A DNA stretch of 64,000 nucleotides, taken from the NCBI GenBank assembly GCA_051251855.1, contig JBPOGI010000001.1, positions 1,536,001-1,600,000 of the forward strand, written 5' to 3'. A program made the translations under genes and the position numbers. This DNA is from Roseibacillus sp. (GTDB lineage Bacteria > Verrucomicrobiota > Verrucomicrobiia > Verrucomicrobiales > Akkermansiaceae). The notes beneath the pieces were generated by a model that did not search any database, was not told the DNA's origin, and saw only the letters and a program-made list of their open reading frames with translations. How positions within the stretch are numbered: the stretch's first letter is position 1; each line of letters starts with the position of its first letter. Below, piece by piece: positions 9,538 through 19,528 of the stretch.

Positions 9538-10968
9538 TTAGCCCTCTTTCTTCACAATCTGGATATCGTCGAGGAAGAGAGCTCCATCACCCTCCTTGAC
9601 CTTATCCTTCTTGATTCGAATGCGAAGCCGGTCGAACTCACCCGATGCAGCATCGCGCTTGAAAGTCTGCTTGAGCTTCACCCATTTGCCTTTTTCAACT
9701 CCATCTAACTTGATGGGATCCAAGTGAATTTCAGGATCAGCGAGGCTCAAATTGAGAGCTTGCACCCCGCAGCTTTCTTCTAACTTCACGTTCAGTGACA
9801 ATTCGAACTCGCCCGCGGGAATCACTACTGCCTTCACAGGCGTGACGATGGAGACATTGGAAAGCATCCCCTTCGGCATGAACTTCAAACTCTTGATACC
9901 CTTCATCGCTTCGTCCTTGGTGATGGTGAAGCGCTCCATCTCATGCTCACCAAACTGCCAGAACTTCTGGTATTCATTTGGCTCCGCACTTTCGGGCACG
10001 AGGTCGAGAGGGATGGCGTTGTCATCAAACAGAATCGGCCCCTCGAACCCAAACAACTGGGGTGCGACCAAGTTCTGAGTCGGTTTCTGCCAAACACGGC
10101 AGTAGTCGATCTGATAGTCCACCGGCAACTCCTCTTTGTGAGGAAGCCCCAACCAAACGAAAATCTCGGAGTCGAACCAAATCTCAAGCGGATTATTCAA
10201 AACCCAGTTCTTACCCTCTTTCTCCTGACTTGTCTCATAGACCAACTCGCCATCGAGATACATCTTGAGGTAGTCTTCGCCCCACTCCGCTCCATAGACA
10301 TGAAACTCGTCTGCAACTCGGAAGGGCAGCTTTTGCTTGTGCCCAAAGCGCCGGGTCGGACGTTTTGCTGGTGGGGACCAATCGTGGATCGAGGACTTCC
10401 ACATGTCTTCTTGGATGTCATTCTTCCCGTTTTTGGGATTTCCAATCTGCTCGTAAATATCGAGTTCGGACTCATAACCGATGGTCCAAAATGAACTCGT
10501 CATCGACGCATTACCCGCCTTGGTCCGCACCTCCATGTAGCCATTTAGAAAGCGCTTTCGTGAGATAATTGCTCCGGTCGTAATGGGCATCGGCTTGCCT
10601 TCCCAGACTCCATAAGTGTCATTGCGGGCGCCGTCGGCATAGCTCTCTTGGGCGAATTCGAAATCTGGCTCCCATTGGCTGCGAATCTTCAGCATGCCAT
10701 CCTCTTGGAGAACATTGTGCTCTGCAAACTGAGAAGGAGCGCGCCCTTTCCAAATGTAGTAGTCACCACCGTTCTCGCCTTGAACAAACCACTTTTTGCG
10801 ATCGACGCTTTCAGTATTGAACTCATCGCTCACCTCGGGATTCAAGACCCAACCCGCTTTATTCTCGGGATCCGAGGCCGGAAAATGCTTCTCTTCTGCG
10901 GAAAGCGCGCCCGTCGCACAGACGGTCATCAGGGTAGCCGTCGCCCGGCGTGTCACTTCAGTTCTCAT
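9538..10968 (-). CDS. GH16 glycoside hydrolase (galactanase; resembles GH16_13 carrageenan/furcellaran enzymes) with C-terminal CBM-like domain
   Basis: SDEFN, catalytic ELDIYE, FHVYGAEW, YQIDYCRVWQ; N-terminal signal; C-terminal beta-sandwich ending FLDDI. Confidence 0.85.
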   Translation of the reverse strand: MRTEVTRRATATLMTVCATGALSAEEKHFPASDPENKAGWVLNPEVSDEFNTESVDRKKWFVQGENGGDYYIWKGRAPSQFAEHNVLQEDGMLKIRSQWEPDFEFAQESYADGARNDTYGVWEGKPMPITTGAIISRKRFLNGYMEVRTKAGNASMTSSFWTIGYESELDIYEQIGNPKNGKNDIQEDMWKSSIHDWSPPAKRPTRRFGHKQKLPFRVADEFHVYGAEWGEDYLKMYLDGELVYETSQEKEGKNWVLNNPLEIWFDSEIFVWLGLPHKEELPVDYQIDYCRVWQKPTQNLVAPQLFGFEGPILFDDNAIPLDLVPESAEPNEYQKFWQFGEHEMERFTITKDEAMKGIKSLKFMPKGMLSNVSIVTPVKAVVIPAGEFELSLNVKLEESCGVQALNLSLADPEIHLDPIKLDGVEKGKWVKLKQTFKRDAASGEFDRLRIRIKKDKVKEGDGALFLDDIQIVKKEG

Positions 10969-11020
10969 AGTATGATTGTAGTTGAATAATTCAGTTTCTA
11001 AAATTAGGTCCTTAACCTGA

Positions 11021-13012
11021 TTAGGCAGAAGCGTTGCCCCAGAGGACAGGTAGAAAAACAGTCATCTCACTGTCTCCCCGATTGCTCCAAGCGTAATATG
11101 GCACGAACTGGGAGGCACAGGATTTCCAGCTCGGTTTCTTAAGGGTGCGATACATCCCCTCGCCTTTATCCTGGCGGATTTTCAGCTCTGCGGTAATTGC
11201 CGGAACCCCCGCCAAAGTAGCTGACTCTTGCACGAAACAAAGCTCGCTCTCTCCGTCCAAATAGACATCCAGGATACTCGTCTCCTCAGGTAAGTCTGGT
11301 GACTCCACACAGTAGACGATGGGCCCCCGCTTCACCGCGACTTGATTGCGCACCTCCTCAATGCGGGGATGACCTTCAATCAGGTTAATTGGCATCGGCA
11401 TGTTCAACTCGATGACATCTCCCGCCTGCCATACCCGCTCCAACTTGGCAAACTGGCCCGGAGTCACTTCGCTCACCTCGTCCCCGTTCACACTGAGACG
11501 ACTTCCTTCAGCCCACTCGGGAATTCGGAGCGCAATCTCAAAGGCCTCGGTCTTGCATTCTTCAACCGTAATCGAGACGACTCCATCCCAAGGAAAGTTG
11601 GTCACTTGCGAGAGCTTGAGCTCACTCCCATCCCGCATCGTGGTGGTCAACTTATTGCCACCGTAAAGATTCACAAAAACTCCGTTCTCAGAAAGGCTGT
11701 AGGCCCAGCCCGAAACCTTGGCAATGGTGCGCACCAAATTGGGAGGACAGCAAAAACAATAGAGATAGGGTTCCCGATCCGGTGACTCAGTGTTCATCTG
11801 CGAGTAGTCCCGCGAGCCATGAATTTTTCGCAGAGGATTGGCGTAGTAGTATTTTTTGCCGCAAAGACTAATTCCCGAGAGGCTGCTGTTGTGCAGGACC
11901 AACTCCATGACATCGGCGTACTTGGACTCACCCTTGATACCCAGCATACGGTGACTGAACATGGCGTTGCAAATATTGGCGCAGGTCTCGTTATATGCCG
12001 TCATGTTGGGCATCATGTATTCGTCGATGAACCCTTCCTCAATGGTGTCGCGTCGAGAAGAAGCCCCGTGATGGGTCTGCCCCACCGCTCCGGTGGCATA
12101 CATTTTCTTCTGCGTGACATTCTCCCAAAGCCTATCCAAGGCTTCTAACAAATCCTTCTCCCCCGTCTCGGCATAGACGTCAGCCGCACCGGCATAGTAA
12201 TAGAGCGCCAAAACCGCGTGACCGACCGCTTCAGTCTCATCGCGCAGCGCAATCCTCTCCTGAACCATGTCCCCGATGGGATACCCGATGGTCGTAGAAT
12301 CATGGACCATCTCGGACTGGCCCCGATTGTTGATAAAAATCTCAGCCAGCGACAAATAGCGCTGCTCGCGTGTGAGGCGGTAAAGCTCCACCAGCCCCAT
12401 AATCTGAGTCTGATTGAAGCCAAAGCGCTTCTTGTCAGGCGGACAAGGATTGAAAGTTTGGCAAAGGAGTTCGGCATTCTTGAGCGCAATCTCAAGAAAG
12501 TTACTCTTCCCCGTCATGCGATGGTGAATGCAAGCAGCGGTGTAGAGATGACCGCAATTATACATCTCGTGATACTTCCGATTCGAGAAGTGCTCGATAC
12601 CCTGAATCTGAATGTAGGCATGCAAATAACCATCGTCTTCCTGGGCCTGCGCAATGATTTCAATAATTTCATCCAGCTCAGCGAGAATCTTTTCATCGCC
12701 ATTCATCCCATAGACGTAGCAAGCCGACTCCATCCACTTGAAGAAGTCCGCATCATGCCAAAACTCGCCTTGGTGCTCACTCTTCTTTAGCCCGGCCGCA
12801 ATCTTGAAGTTGTTTAAGCCATGCCCGATGTCTCCCTTCATGAGGGAGCCCATGTAGGGCACCATCACCTCTTCGCAGAGCTTGCTTTTCTCAGCCCAAA
12901 AGCCCTCGGTCCAGCGGCAGTCGCCGATATTGATGGACGTGAGTTTGACGTGGGGACTGGATGAAGTATCGATTTCGGCTCGGGAGCGAGCTTCGGTTGG
13001 CAAGGCGGACAT
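11021..13012 (-). CDS. GH127 glycoside hydrolase, probable alpha-3,6-anhydro-D-galactosidase
   Basis: HEMYNCGH, GHAV, YNETCA, CFCCPPN Zn/Cys motif, RGPIVYC and PYYAWSNR; no signal peptide. Confidence 0.88.
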   Translation of the reverse strand: MSALPTEARSRAEIDTSSSPHVKLTSINIGDCRWTEGFWAEKSKLCEEVMVPYMGSLMKGDIGHGLNNFKIAAGLKKSEHQGEFWHDADFFKWMESACYVYGMNGDEKILAELDEIIEIIAQAQEDDGYLHAYIQIQGIEHFSNRKYHEMYNCGHLYTAACIHHRMTGKSNFLEIALKNAELLCQTFNPCPPDKKRFGFNQTQIMGLVELYRLTREQRYLSLAEIFINNRGQSEMVHDSTTIGYPIGDMVQERIALRDETEAVGHAVLALYYYAGAADVYAETGEKDLLEALDRLWENVTQKKMYATGAVGQTHHGASSRRDTIEEGFIDEYMMPNMTAYNETCANICNAMFSHRMLGIKGESKYADVMELVLHNSSLSGISLCGKKYYYANPLRKIHGSRDYSQMNTESPDREPYLYCFCCPPNLVRTIAKVSGWAYSLSENGVFVNLYGGNKLTTTMRDGSELKLSQVTNFPWDGVVSITVEECKTEAFEIALRIPEWAEGSRLSVNGDEVSEVTPGQFAKLERVWQAGDVIELNMPMPINLIEGHPRIEEVRNQVAVKRGPIVYCVESPDLPEETSILDVYLDGESELCFVQESATLAGVPAITAELKIRQDKGEGMYRTLKKPSWKSCASQFVPYYAWSNRGDSEMTVFLPVLWGNASA

Positions 13013-13034
13013 ATTCTAACAGAAAGAGTGAAGT

Positions 13035-14624
13035 TTACTTGGAGCGGAGCTTAGCCTCGATGGCCTCAATGCTCATGTTTTTGGTCTCAATCAGCGTGAA
13101 GAACAAGACAACGAGTCCGATCGCAACGACCACGCCATAGGTCAGGAAGATGGAACTCATGCCCATATTCTCAAGTTGCCAAGGGAAGAACTGCTGCACC
13201 ACGTAATTCACCAAACTACTGATGATAGCGAACAAGGGAATGGCAAGACCACGCACCGAGATTGGAAAAATTTCGGAAAAGAGAACCCACATCAGAGGCC
13301 CGATGGAGATATGGAAAGCCGCTACCACGCTCAAGATACAAACCAGAACAAGGGTCGCATTCATCTTGAGCGATTTCTCTACCACCATATTTTGGTGCTT
13401 CTCAGCATCAACCTTTCCAAGAGCTCCCTTGAGCGCATTCTTGAATTCGACATCGCTCCCATGCTCTACCCCCACCAAACTCTGCAGACGCTCGACTCCT
13501 TCGAATTCCAAATCACCATTCGCAATACTCTGGGTGATTTCGCTAAAGGAATCTTCCCCCAAGGTGTATCGCGCTTGCTTGAAAGCGAAGGAACTGATTC
13601 CCAGGCTCGCCACAATCCAAATCAGTCCCCCAATGATGAGCGGACGGCGTCCCAGTTTGTCCACTAACAGAAGACCAAGAATGGTGAACACCAATGCGGT
13701 CAGGCCCACCCAAACCGCCTGCGAAAAGGCGGCATCATCCCCCCCTCCTAACTGCTGAAAGACAGTAGGAGCATAGACCAGAATGGCATTGATTCCGGTC
13801 GCTTGCTGAGCAATCGCAATCGTGAAGGCAATAATCAGAGTCAATCGCATCGGACTGCTGAAGATTTCTTTGAACTGCTCCACGATGCCCGAACCCACAG
13901 AGCTGCTTTCAAGACTCCTCTTCATGTTCGCCACATGGTCATCGACCGCATCGTCCGGCAGAATCTTCCGAAGGATCGCTTTGGCCTCATCCAGACGGTC
14001 ACGAATCACCAGCCAGTAGGGACTTTCCGGAATGAGGAAGAGAAGGAAAAACCAGAGAAGCGCAAAAGGAATCTCCGCTCCTAACATCCATCGCCAGGTT
14101 TCGGTATCGAGCGCATACTCGCTCACCCAACCAGCGTCCGACTTCGCCAACTTGAGAATATAGTAGTTCACGAAGTAAGCTCCCGAAAGCCCCACCACGA
14201 TATTGATTTGGGTCATTGAAACGAGCTTTCCGCGCCAGGCGGGAGGAGCAATTTCGCCGATATACATCGAGGCCAGAGTAATGGAGCTGAAAGCTAGCCC
14301 ACCCAGAAAGCGAGCCGCTACCAGAAACTCAAAACTAGGAGCGAAGGCCGATCCCAAAGCGGAGACCAAATAGAGAATGGCCACAATCAGAATGGCTTTC
14401 TTACGGCCAAATCGGTCGCTGATAAATCCCGCGAACGGCAATGCCACCAAGACACCCAAAGCAGGAGCGCTGGCCGCAGTTCCCACCTCAATGGCGCTCA
14501 ACGCAAACTTTTCCTTGAGAAAGTCGAGAGTGCCGGAAATGAGCACTGCATCGAGACCGAACAGAAAGCCTCCCATGGCGACAATCGTTGCGTAGAGAAA
14601 GGCACTTTTGTTTTTCTTATCCAT
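13035..14624 (-). CDS. MFS sugar porter family transporter
   Basis: GGFLFGLD, DRFGRK, YIGEIAP, PESP, QQATGINAI, DKLGRRP, SEIFP and ETK motifs. Confidence 0.93.
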   Translation of the reverse strand: MDKKNKSAFLYATIVAMGGFLFGLDAVLISGTLDFLKEKFALSAIEVGTAASAPALGVLVALPFAGFISDRFGRKKAILIVAILYLVSALGSAFAPSFEFLVAARFLGGLAFSSITLASMYIGEIAPPAWRGKLVSMTQINIVVGLSGAYFVNYYILKLAKSDAGWVSEYALDTETWRWMLGAEIPFALLWFFLLFLIPESPYWLVIRDRLDEAKAILRKILPDDAVDDHVANMKRSLESSSVGSGIVEQFKEIFSSPMRLTLIIAFTIAIAQQATGINAILVYAPTVFQQLGGGDDAAFSQAVWVGLTALVFTILGLLLVDKLGRRPLIIGGLIWIVASLGISSFAFKQARYTLGEDSFSEITQSIANGDLEFEGVERLQSLVGVEHGSDVEFKNALKGALGKVDAEKHQNMVVEKSLKMNATLVLVCILSVVAAFHISIGPLMWVLFSEIFPISVRGLAIPLFAIISSLVNYVVQQFFPWQLENMGMSSIFLTYGVVVAIGLVVLFFTLIETKNMSIEAIEAKLRSK

Positions 14625-15082
14625 CTGATTTTAATCCTGCGTTAAAGACTGCCTGTGTGAGCGCGATTCTAACTCCAAAAAGAAGCTAGCAACTCGGCAG
14701 TCTGAGAATCCTGCGCTAAATCCCCCCTCGTCGCCCAGTGAATATCACATTCTACCTTGCGGATTCTTCTCTCGAGACGACGCGGTGTTGACTTTCAGCC
14801 ATCCCAGAAAAACGAGAACAGAAACTGCCAACTTGGGAACCCACCCCCTTCGGTGGGGCGAGACTCTAGCCCGTGAGAAATGCAGGCTAGTGACTGATTG
14901 AACCAGATAATGTCAAATCTTGAAGCCGGCAAAACGGAGAGAATGCGAAAAATCCACAATGTTTTTCGGAAGTAAGGCTCATTTACAGAAGCGACCGGTT
15001 CGAACTATTCTCGGGTTTATGGGTGTAGGATCTTCTACGTTTCTCCCTTAAAAAAATCATCACAAAACCCATACTTGCAATT

Positions 15083-15793
15083 ATGAAAGCCACTTGTTTG
15101 CCACTAGCAGCAGCTCTTTTCTCCATTTCACCCTCCATTCAAGGTGCGGTCATTTACTCCGAAAATGCCGATGGTTTAACCGCGGGGAGCAGCACATTGG
15201 GTGATTCCTCCGCCGATTGGGGTGCTCCCGCCGGGGACTACGGAGTGGTCGCAGGCGGCTCGGTCTTTGCAACCAATCACTTTACTATCTCTGCTCCTGA
15301 CGCGAACTTCAACTTCGCGAACTGGGTTGACGGGGTCACCACCCGTTCCCTCGTAACGGTTTCACTCGATGTGGCCGACACTGGTGGCGGCGGCACGAAT
15401 GCTGATGCAGGACTTCGTCTTGCTCATCGCCGAAGCACGGGAAGTGCGTTTGCCACCATTATTTCCACCGCTCTCACAGACAACACCATTTTCCATTACG
15501 ATTTCATTATCAATACTGGAGCCTCCGCTGCTCTCTACGAGGACGGGGTCACTTCAATTGCGGCAAATACCATCGAGGTTTGGATTGATGGAGTCCTGGC
15601 CTCCAGTGGCACAGCGGGTGGTTCTGGAGACACGATCGGTGTTGGCCTCTGGTCCCGTCGTCCCGACAATGCCATCCTAGGAGACAATATCGTGATTCGC
15701 GACACCGCCTTCTTCGCTCCAGTTCCAGAGCCAAGCAGCTTTGCTCTACTGGGTCTTGGTGGCCTTGGCCTCCTTGTGAGACGCCGCCGATAG
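15083..15793 (+). CDS. PEP-CTERM sorting domain protein
   Basis: Signal peptide; C-terminus VPEPSSFALLGLGGLGLLVRRRR. Confidence 0.92.
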   Translation: MKATCLPLAAALFSISPSIQGAVIYSENADGLTAGSSTLGDSSADWGAPAGDYGVVAGGSVFATNHFTISAPDANFNFANWVDGVTTRSLVTVSLDVADTGGGGTNADAGLRLAHRRSTGSAFATIISTALTDNTIFHYDFIINTGASAALYEDGVTSIAANTIEVWIDGVLASSGTAGGSGDTIGVGLWSRRPDNAILGDNIVIRDTAFFAPVPEPSSFALLGLGGLGLLVRRRR

Positions 15794-15824
15794 GGTCTCG
15801 ACGAGACACGAACGTCTCACGACA

Positions 15825-17711
15825 TTAGAACTTTCCGGCTGTATAGGCTTTGTTGAGATCACTGATGGTGAGCGGTAACACTTCACCATTGCTCCACCTC
15901 ACAGACGCGCTTTCGACTCCCTCCAACTGACCCAATCCGATGTGAAGGTGGTTGTTGAGACTGTGGGAAAATCCGCCGTAAGACGAACCAACGGTTCTTC
16001 TCATTGTGTGCTCCCCTGCCTTTAGGCTCAAAACCGCACCTTGGGCCGTGGCTTTTCCGGTGGGTGAGCTTCCTACTTTGATGGTGAGGTAATTCCCCTG
16101 TTCCGCTCCCAGCGAGTTGTTGGTGAAAAGGTGCCATCGCCCCCGCTCATTGCAAAAAATGAGGTCGAGGTCTCCGTCTTCATCATAGTCCAGAGCTTCA
16201 GCTCCGCTCCCCACTGAGCCCAACTCCTGTGAAATAATGCCATGATTCTCTATGCGGGTGAACTTGCCACCCTCATTGAGGAGAAGGATTTGCTCGCTTG
16301 CTGAGGCAGAATTGCCGTAGCAAACCACGAACAAATCCAACCAACCATTGTTGTCGAAGTCACCTACGGCTGACCCCGTGGTCTGCTCCGCAACCCCTAT
16401 TCCTGCCGCCTCCGTTACATCATGAAACCTTCCCTCCCGATTCTCGAAGAGCCGGGACGGCATGGCCTTGAGTATACTGGCAGCGGGTAACTCCTTCATA
16501 TTATGGATCACTCCTGCCGTTGGCGACTTGGACTCCCCTCCAACTCGCCAAGTTTCCTCACCCAGAAATCCAATGTAGAGCCCGTTGGCATCAATGTTCT
16601 CAGGCCAACCCTCGGCTTCTGCAGGGGTCAAGGTGAAGTCCTTGTGCCCATGGCGCTCGACCTCGAACTCTAACAAGCGTTTGTCCCTTCCCACAAAAAC
16701 ATCGAAGTCAGGGTAAGCCATCTGAAGGTTCTCGAACTGAAAGTCCCCCTCAACTTTCAGATTATCATAGAGGAACCTCTGCCGACGGGCAAAAAATGCG
16801 AAACGACTTGCCTCTTCATCGACAAAGGTCTTCTCAGCAAACGGGTGATCGGCCCGAGTGACGAACAAATCTTCGTCGCCATCATTGTCAAAATCGATTT
16901 CCACCACGCTGGTGGCAAAAGTGGTCTTGCTCAGTTCGCCCAGCACTTTTCCGGTCACATTCTGAAAGCTCATTCCCTCTCCGCCTTCCGCGATCACAAT
17001 GTTTTTGCCGCCAAAGAAGAGCACATCAGGGTCACCGTCCTTGTTATAATCCGTCACCTGTGAGCGAAAGCCCATCCATTGCGCGAAGGGAAGGCGCGAA
17101 TGATATTCAAAGTTCCCCGCGCCCTTGTTTGCAAAGAGTAAGTTAGCTCCTTCCTTCTGCTGAGCGGGCAGCGGAAAACCAGTAAGCACTAGGTCCAGGA
17201 GACCATCTTGATCGGCGTCAATCATCTTGGTCGCCCGCCCCCGAGCACGCTCAAAGTCTTCAAACACCACCTTGGGACCAAAAGTCCGATCCTTGTTCAC
17301 CTCGAACATGATGGGGTTCTTGGGATTCGCGCCATCGCCACCGCCGGGATAGAAAATGAGCTCTATCTTGCCATCCAAATCGTAGTCCGCTGCCACTACC
17401 CCGTGAGTATCCCCTCCCACGATTTTTTGCGGTTCAGAAAAAGTGCCCCCTTCATTCCAATGCACACAAGCACGGAAAGCATGATCCGTGGTGACAATAT
17501 CGAGATGCCCGTCCTGATCGAGATCCACAATGAGAGGGCTGTCCCACTTCCGTCGCGAACGCTCTTCAAAAGGAATGACGCCTGCTTTTTCAGAGAAAAA
17601 AGGAGTCGAAGTCTTCTCCGATTTTTCTTCTTTGGCAAAAATTGTGAAGAAGGTGGCAGCACACATAGTAGTGAGGACAAGAGTCCAGGTGGTAGAGGGA
17701 GAAATCTTCAT
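15825..17711 (-). CDS. ASPIC/UnbV (CRTAC1-like) FG-GAP repeat protein, secreted
   Basis: Repeated DxDxDGxxD motifs; C-terminal 'LHIGLG...VRWSNG'. Start taken at ATG 17711 (MKISPST signal) rather than 17813. Confidence 0.85.
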   Translation of the reverse strand: MKISPSTTWTLVLTTMCAATFFTIFAKEEKSEKTSTPFFSEKAGVIPFEERSRRKWDSPLIVDLDQDGHLDIVTTDHAFRACVHWNEGGTFSEPQKIVGGDTHGVVAADYDLDGKIELIFYPGGGDGANPKNPIMFEVNKDRTFGPKVVFEDFERARGRATKMIDADQDGLLDLVLTGFPLPAQQKEGANLLFANKGAGNFEYHSRLPFAQWMGFRSQVTDYNKDGDPDVLFFGGKNIVIAEGGEGMSFQNVTGKVLGELSKTTFATSVVEIDFDNDGDEDLFVTRADHPFAEKTFVDEEASRFAFFARRQRFLYDNLKVEGDFQFENLQMAYPDFDVFVGRDKRLLEFEVERHGHKDFTLTPAEAEGWPENIDANGLYIGFLGEETWRVGGESKSPTAGVIHNMKELPAASILKAMPSRLFENREGRFHDVTEAAGIGVAEQTTGSAVGDFDNNGWLDLFVVCYGNSASASEQILLLNEGGKFTRIENHGIISQELGSVGSGAEALDYDEDGDLDLIFCNERGRWHLFTNNSLGAEQGNYLTIKVGSSPTGKATAQGAVLSLKAGEHTMRRTVGSSYGGFSHSLNNHLHIGLGQLEGVESASVRWSNGEVLPLTISDLNKAYTAGKF

Positions 17712-17857
17712 TTGTTTGTGGCTAAAACCCCTCAGCACCCTTCGCAAGGAGAAAGAAGCCTCGACGCCTCCCAGAGACAAATCGACAATGCAAAACGCAG
17801 GAATCGCAATCACTTGCAGAAGTGAGCGGCGTATCGTGTCCCATCTCGATTCATCTC

Positions 17858-19507
17858 ATGCACCGAAAACCACTCCTTTCCCTCAGCCTGCGCCTTTTGG
17901 TTGCACTGACTTTCGCCACTCTTCCCGTTTCGACCTTGCAAGCAGATGATTCTAACCGACCCAATATTCTCTTCATCGCGGTAGATGACCTTCGCCCCGA
18001 ACTCGGATGCTATGGTTCCGAGATTGCGATTACCCCAAACATCGACAAGCTGGCGCAGAACGGAGTCCTTTTCGAAAGAGCCTATTGCCAACAGCCGATT
18101 TGCGCCCCCTCCCGCGCCAGTCTCATGTGCGGCGCGCGCACCGACACTCTCAAGCTTGCCAAGAACGCGGATTACTTTCGCGACCTCAATCCCGAAGTCG
18201 TTACTCTTTCACAGCACTTGATCGCCAATGGCTACGACGCCGTGCAAGTCGGTAAAATTTACCACAACGACGCCCACTCCGATAACGAGAAGTCGTGGAA
18301 CCGCCAGCCTGCCAAAATAACTTTACCCAAAGCAGTCACATACGCCCTCCCCGAGAACCGTGCTATTCAGGCCAAGAACAAAGAAATTCTGGAAGCGAAA
18401 TATGGCGTCGGGATTGGTCGCACTGGGCTTGTACAAGGCCCAGCCTACGAGATGGCCGACGTGCCCGATACCACTTACCGCGACGGCCGCAATGCCCAAG
18501 TTGCCATTGAGACTCTCAAGGAACTTAAGGAGGACGGCAAACCCTTCTTCCTTGGCATGGGCTTCTACAAACCCCACCTCGACTTCATTGCTCCAAAAAA
18601 ATACTGGGACCTCTACGATCCGGCGAAAATCCCCGCCGCACCCAATCCCGTGCCACCCGAAGGTTCTGCTGCAATGGGGCTCCACGCTTCCTTCGAATTG
18701 CGGGTGCGAGACGGCATCCCCAAGAAGGGCAACATCGGTCCCGAGCTTGCGACCACCCTCAAGCACGCCTACCTCGCCTGCGCCAGCTACATCGACGCCC
18801 AAATCGGAATGGTGATGAACGCTCTCGACGAGTCGGGATTGCGCGACAACACCATCGTCGTGTTCTGGGGTGACCACGGCTGGCATCTCGGCGAAATGGG
18901 TATCTGGGGCAAAGCGACCAACTACGAGATTTCGGCTCGCGTCCCCCTCATCATCTCCCTTCCCGACAAGTTCAAAGGAGCGAAAGGCAAGAACACGGAT
19001 GCCCTCACCGAGCTCGTCGACCTCTACCCTACCCTCTGCGACTTCGCCGAAATCGAGACCCCCGCGCACGTGGAAGGCACCAGCCTCAAGCCCGTCCTGC
19101 TCGACCCCACCCATCCTTGGAAGAAAGCGGCCTTCACTCAATTCCCCAACCCTGCACTGCGCGAGTGGGCAGCAGCACCGCTCTCTCCTGGAATGCGCGA
19201 GACCTTCTTCGGTCCTCTCATCGAAGAAGTGGAGGCCAAAATTACTGCGCAGCAAGGTGAAAACTGGGACCGCGAACTCTATGAGAACCATCTCATGGGC
19301 TACTCCATGCGCACCGACCAACATCGGCTGGTGCTTTGGCAAGACATGCGCAAACCCGAATCCGACCCTGTCTTCGTCGAACTTTATCACTACGCCGATT
19401 CCACCCACGAAACCAAAAACATCGCGGACGAAAACCCTGAACTTGTAGCCAAGCTTCTCAAGCAATTCCGTTCCGGCTGGAAAGGTTCTCTTCCTTCAAA
19501 AAAATAA
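17858..19507 (+). CDS. Secreted S1 sulfatase, iduronate-2-sulfatase-like (S1_7-like)
   Basis: VDDLRPELGCYG, CAPSRAS, GKIYH, KPHL and DHGWHLGE motifs; start at ATG 17858. Confidence 0.88.
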   Translation: MHRKPLLSLSLRLLVALTFATLPVSTLQADDSNRPNILFIAVDDLRPELGCYGSEIAITPNIDKLAQNGVLFERAYCQQPICAPSRASLMCGARTDTLKLAKNADYFRDLNPEVVTLSQHLIANGYDAVQVGKIYHNDAHSDNEKSWNRQPAKITLPKAVTYALPENRAIQAKNKEILEAKYGVGIGRTGLVQGPAYEMADVPDTTYRDGRNAQVAIETLKELKEDGKPFFLGMGFYKPHLDFIAPKKYWDLYDPAKIPAAPNPVPPEGSAAMGLHASFELRVRDGIPKKGNIGPELATTLKHAYLACASYIDAQIGMVMNALDESGLRDNTIVVFWGDHGWHLGEMGIWGKATNYEISARVPLIISLPDKFKGAKGKNTDALTELVDLYPTLCDFAEIETPAHVEGTSLKPVLLDPTHPWKKAAFTQFPNPALREWAAAPLSPGMRETFFGPLIEEVEAKITAQQGENWDRELYENHLMGYSMRTDQHRLVLWQDMRKPESDPVFVELYHYADSTHETKNIADENPELVAKLLKQFRSGWKGSLPSKK

Positions 19508-19528
19508 CTATCTCGACCACCAATTTTC

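Noticed and set aside
14839..14865. CCCACCCCCT shared with ~25980
   Set aside because: Only a 10-nt low-complexity match; insufficient to call a repeat family.
18323..19465. Long antisense ORFs (also 4738-5700, 26586-27836, 59308-60213, 62534-63916)
   Set aside because: Shadow frames of well-supported genes caused by codon bias; no protein motifs.
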